NCBI GenBank assembly: GCA_012295275.1
Contig: CM022671.1
Coordinates: 12,710,001-12,774,000, forward strand
Origin: Chrysomallon squamiferum
Taxonomy: Eukaryota; Animalia; Mollusca
Length of the DNA: 64,000 nucleotides
Direction of reading: 5' to 3'
The position numbers were made by a program, and so were the translations under genes. Below the pieces are notes generated by a model. The model saw nothing but the letters and a program-made list of their open reading frames with translations, was not told the DNA's origin and did not search any database. Every line of letters begins with the position of its first letter. The stretch's first letter is position 1. Positions 63,725 to 64,000 of the stretch are shown piece by piece.

Positions 63725-64000
63725 GGATTTTTTCCTTTTTGTGTGCAACAATAAACTATTAATTTAGATAATTTCTGTTATTTTTGTCTTTATTCTTTGG
63801 CAATAAATATATGTGATGTGACACTTCTAAATACAGGCATCAGATTTAATTTTTTCCTAACATTATATTGACTATATATATATGCCAATAGTCACAACAT
63901 ACGTAGATACTGTTTACGAAGATCCAAATTTCTAGCGATACCTTGCATTTTTTATTAAATATTTAATATGGCTGTGATTTCGAAAAACGTTAGTAATGTA

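Overview
AT-rich, intron-rich, microsatellite-rich animal genomic DNA. It is probably lophotrochozoan or mollusc, inferred from the nSTAND-ankyrin gene and the shell-matrix-like secreted proteins. All exon structures were reconstructed by hand from GT-AG sites and frame continuity. Gene order: (1) single-exon ANKUB1-like CDS (+); (2) an intron-containing, frameshifted ceramide glucosyltransferase (UGCG) pseudogene (+); (3) an intact 9-exon gene (-) encoding only the clathrin heavy-chain N-terminal propeller plus start of linker (366 aa, then stop); (4) nested antisense in intron 1 of that gene, a STAND-type P-loop NTPase with ~30 ankyrin repeats and one frameshift (+); (5) SBDS (+), with a decayed Tigger/pogo element in intron 3; (6) mevalonate kinase MVK (-), with an exact 82-nt inverted copy of its exon 7 just downstream; (7) a cluster of five small secreted low-complexity protein genes (49-64 kb) sharing a signal peptide split by a phase-1 intron. 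The strongest novelty candidates are the leg-less clathrin terminal-domain gene with its nested NLR-like gene, and the five-gene secreted cluster.
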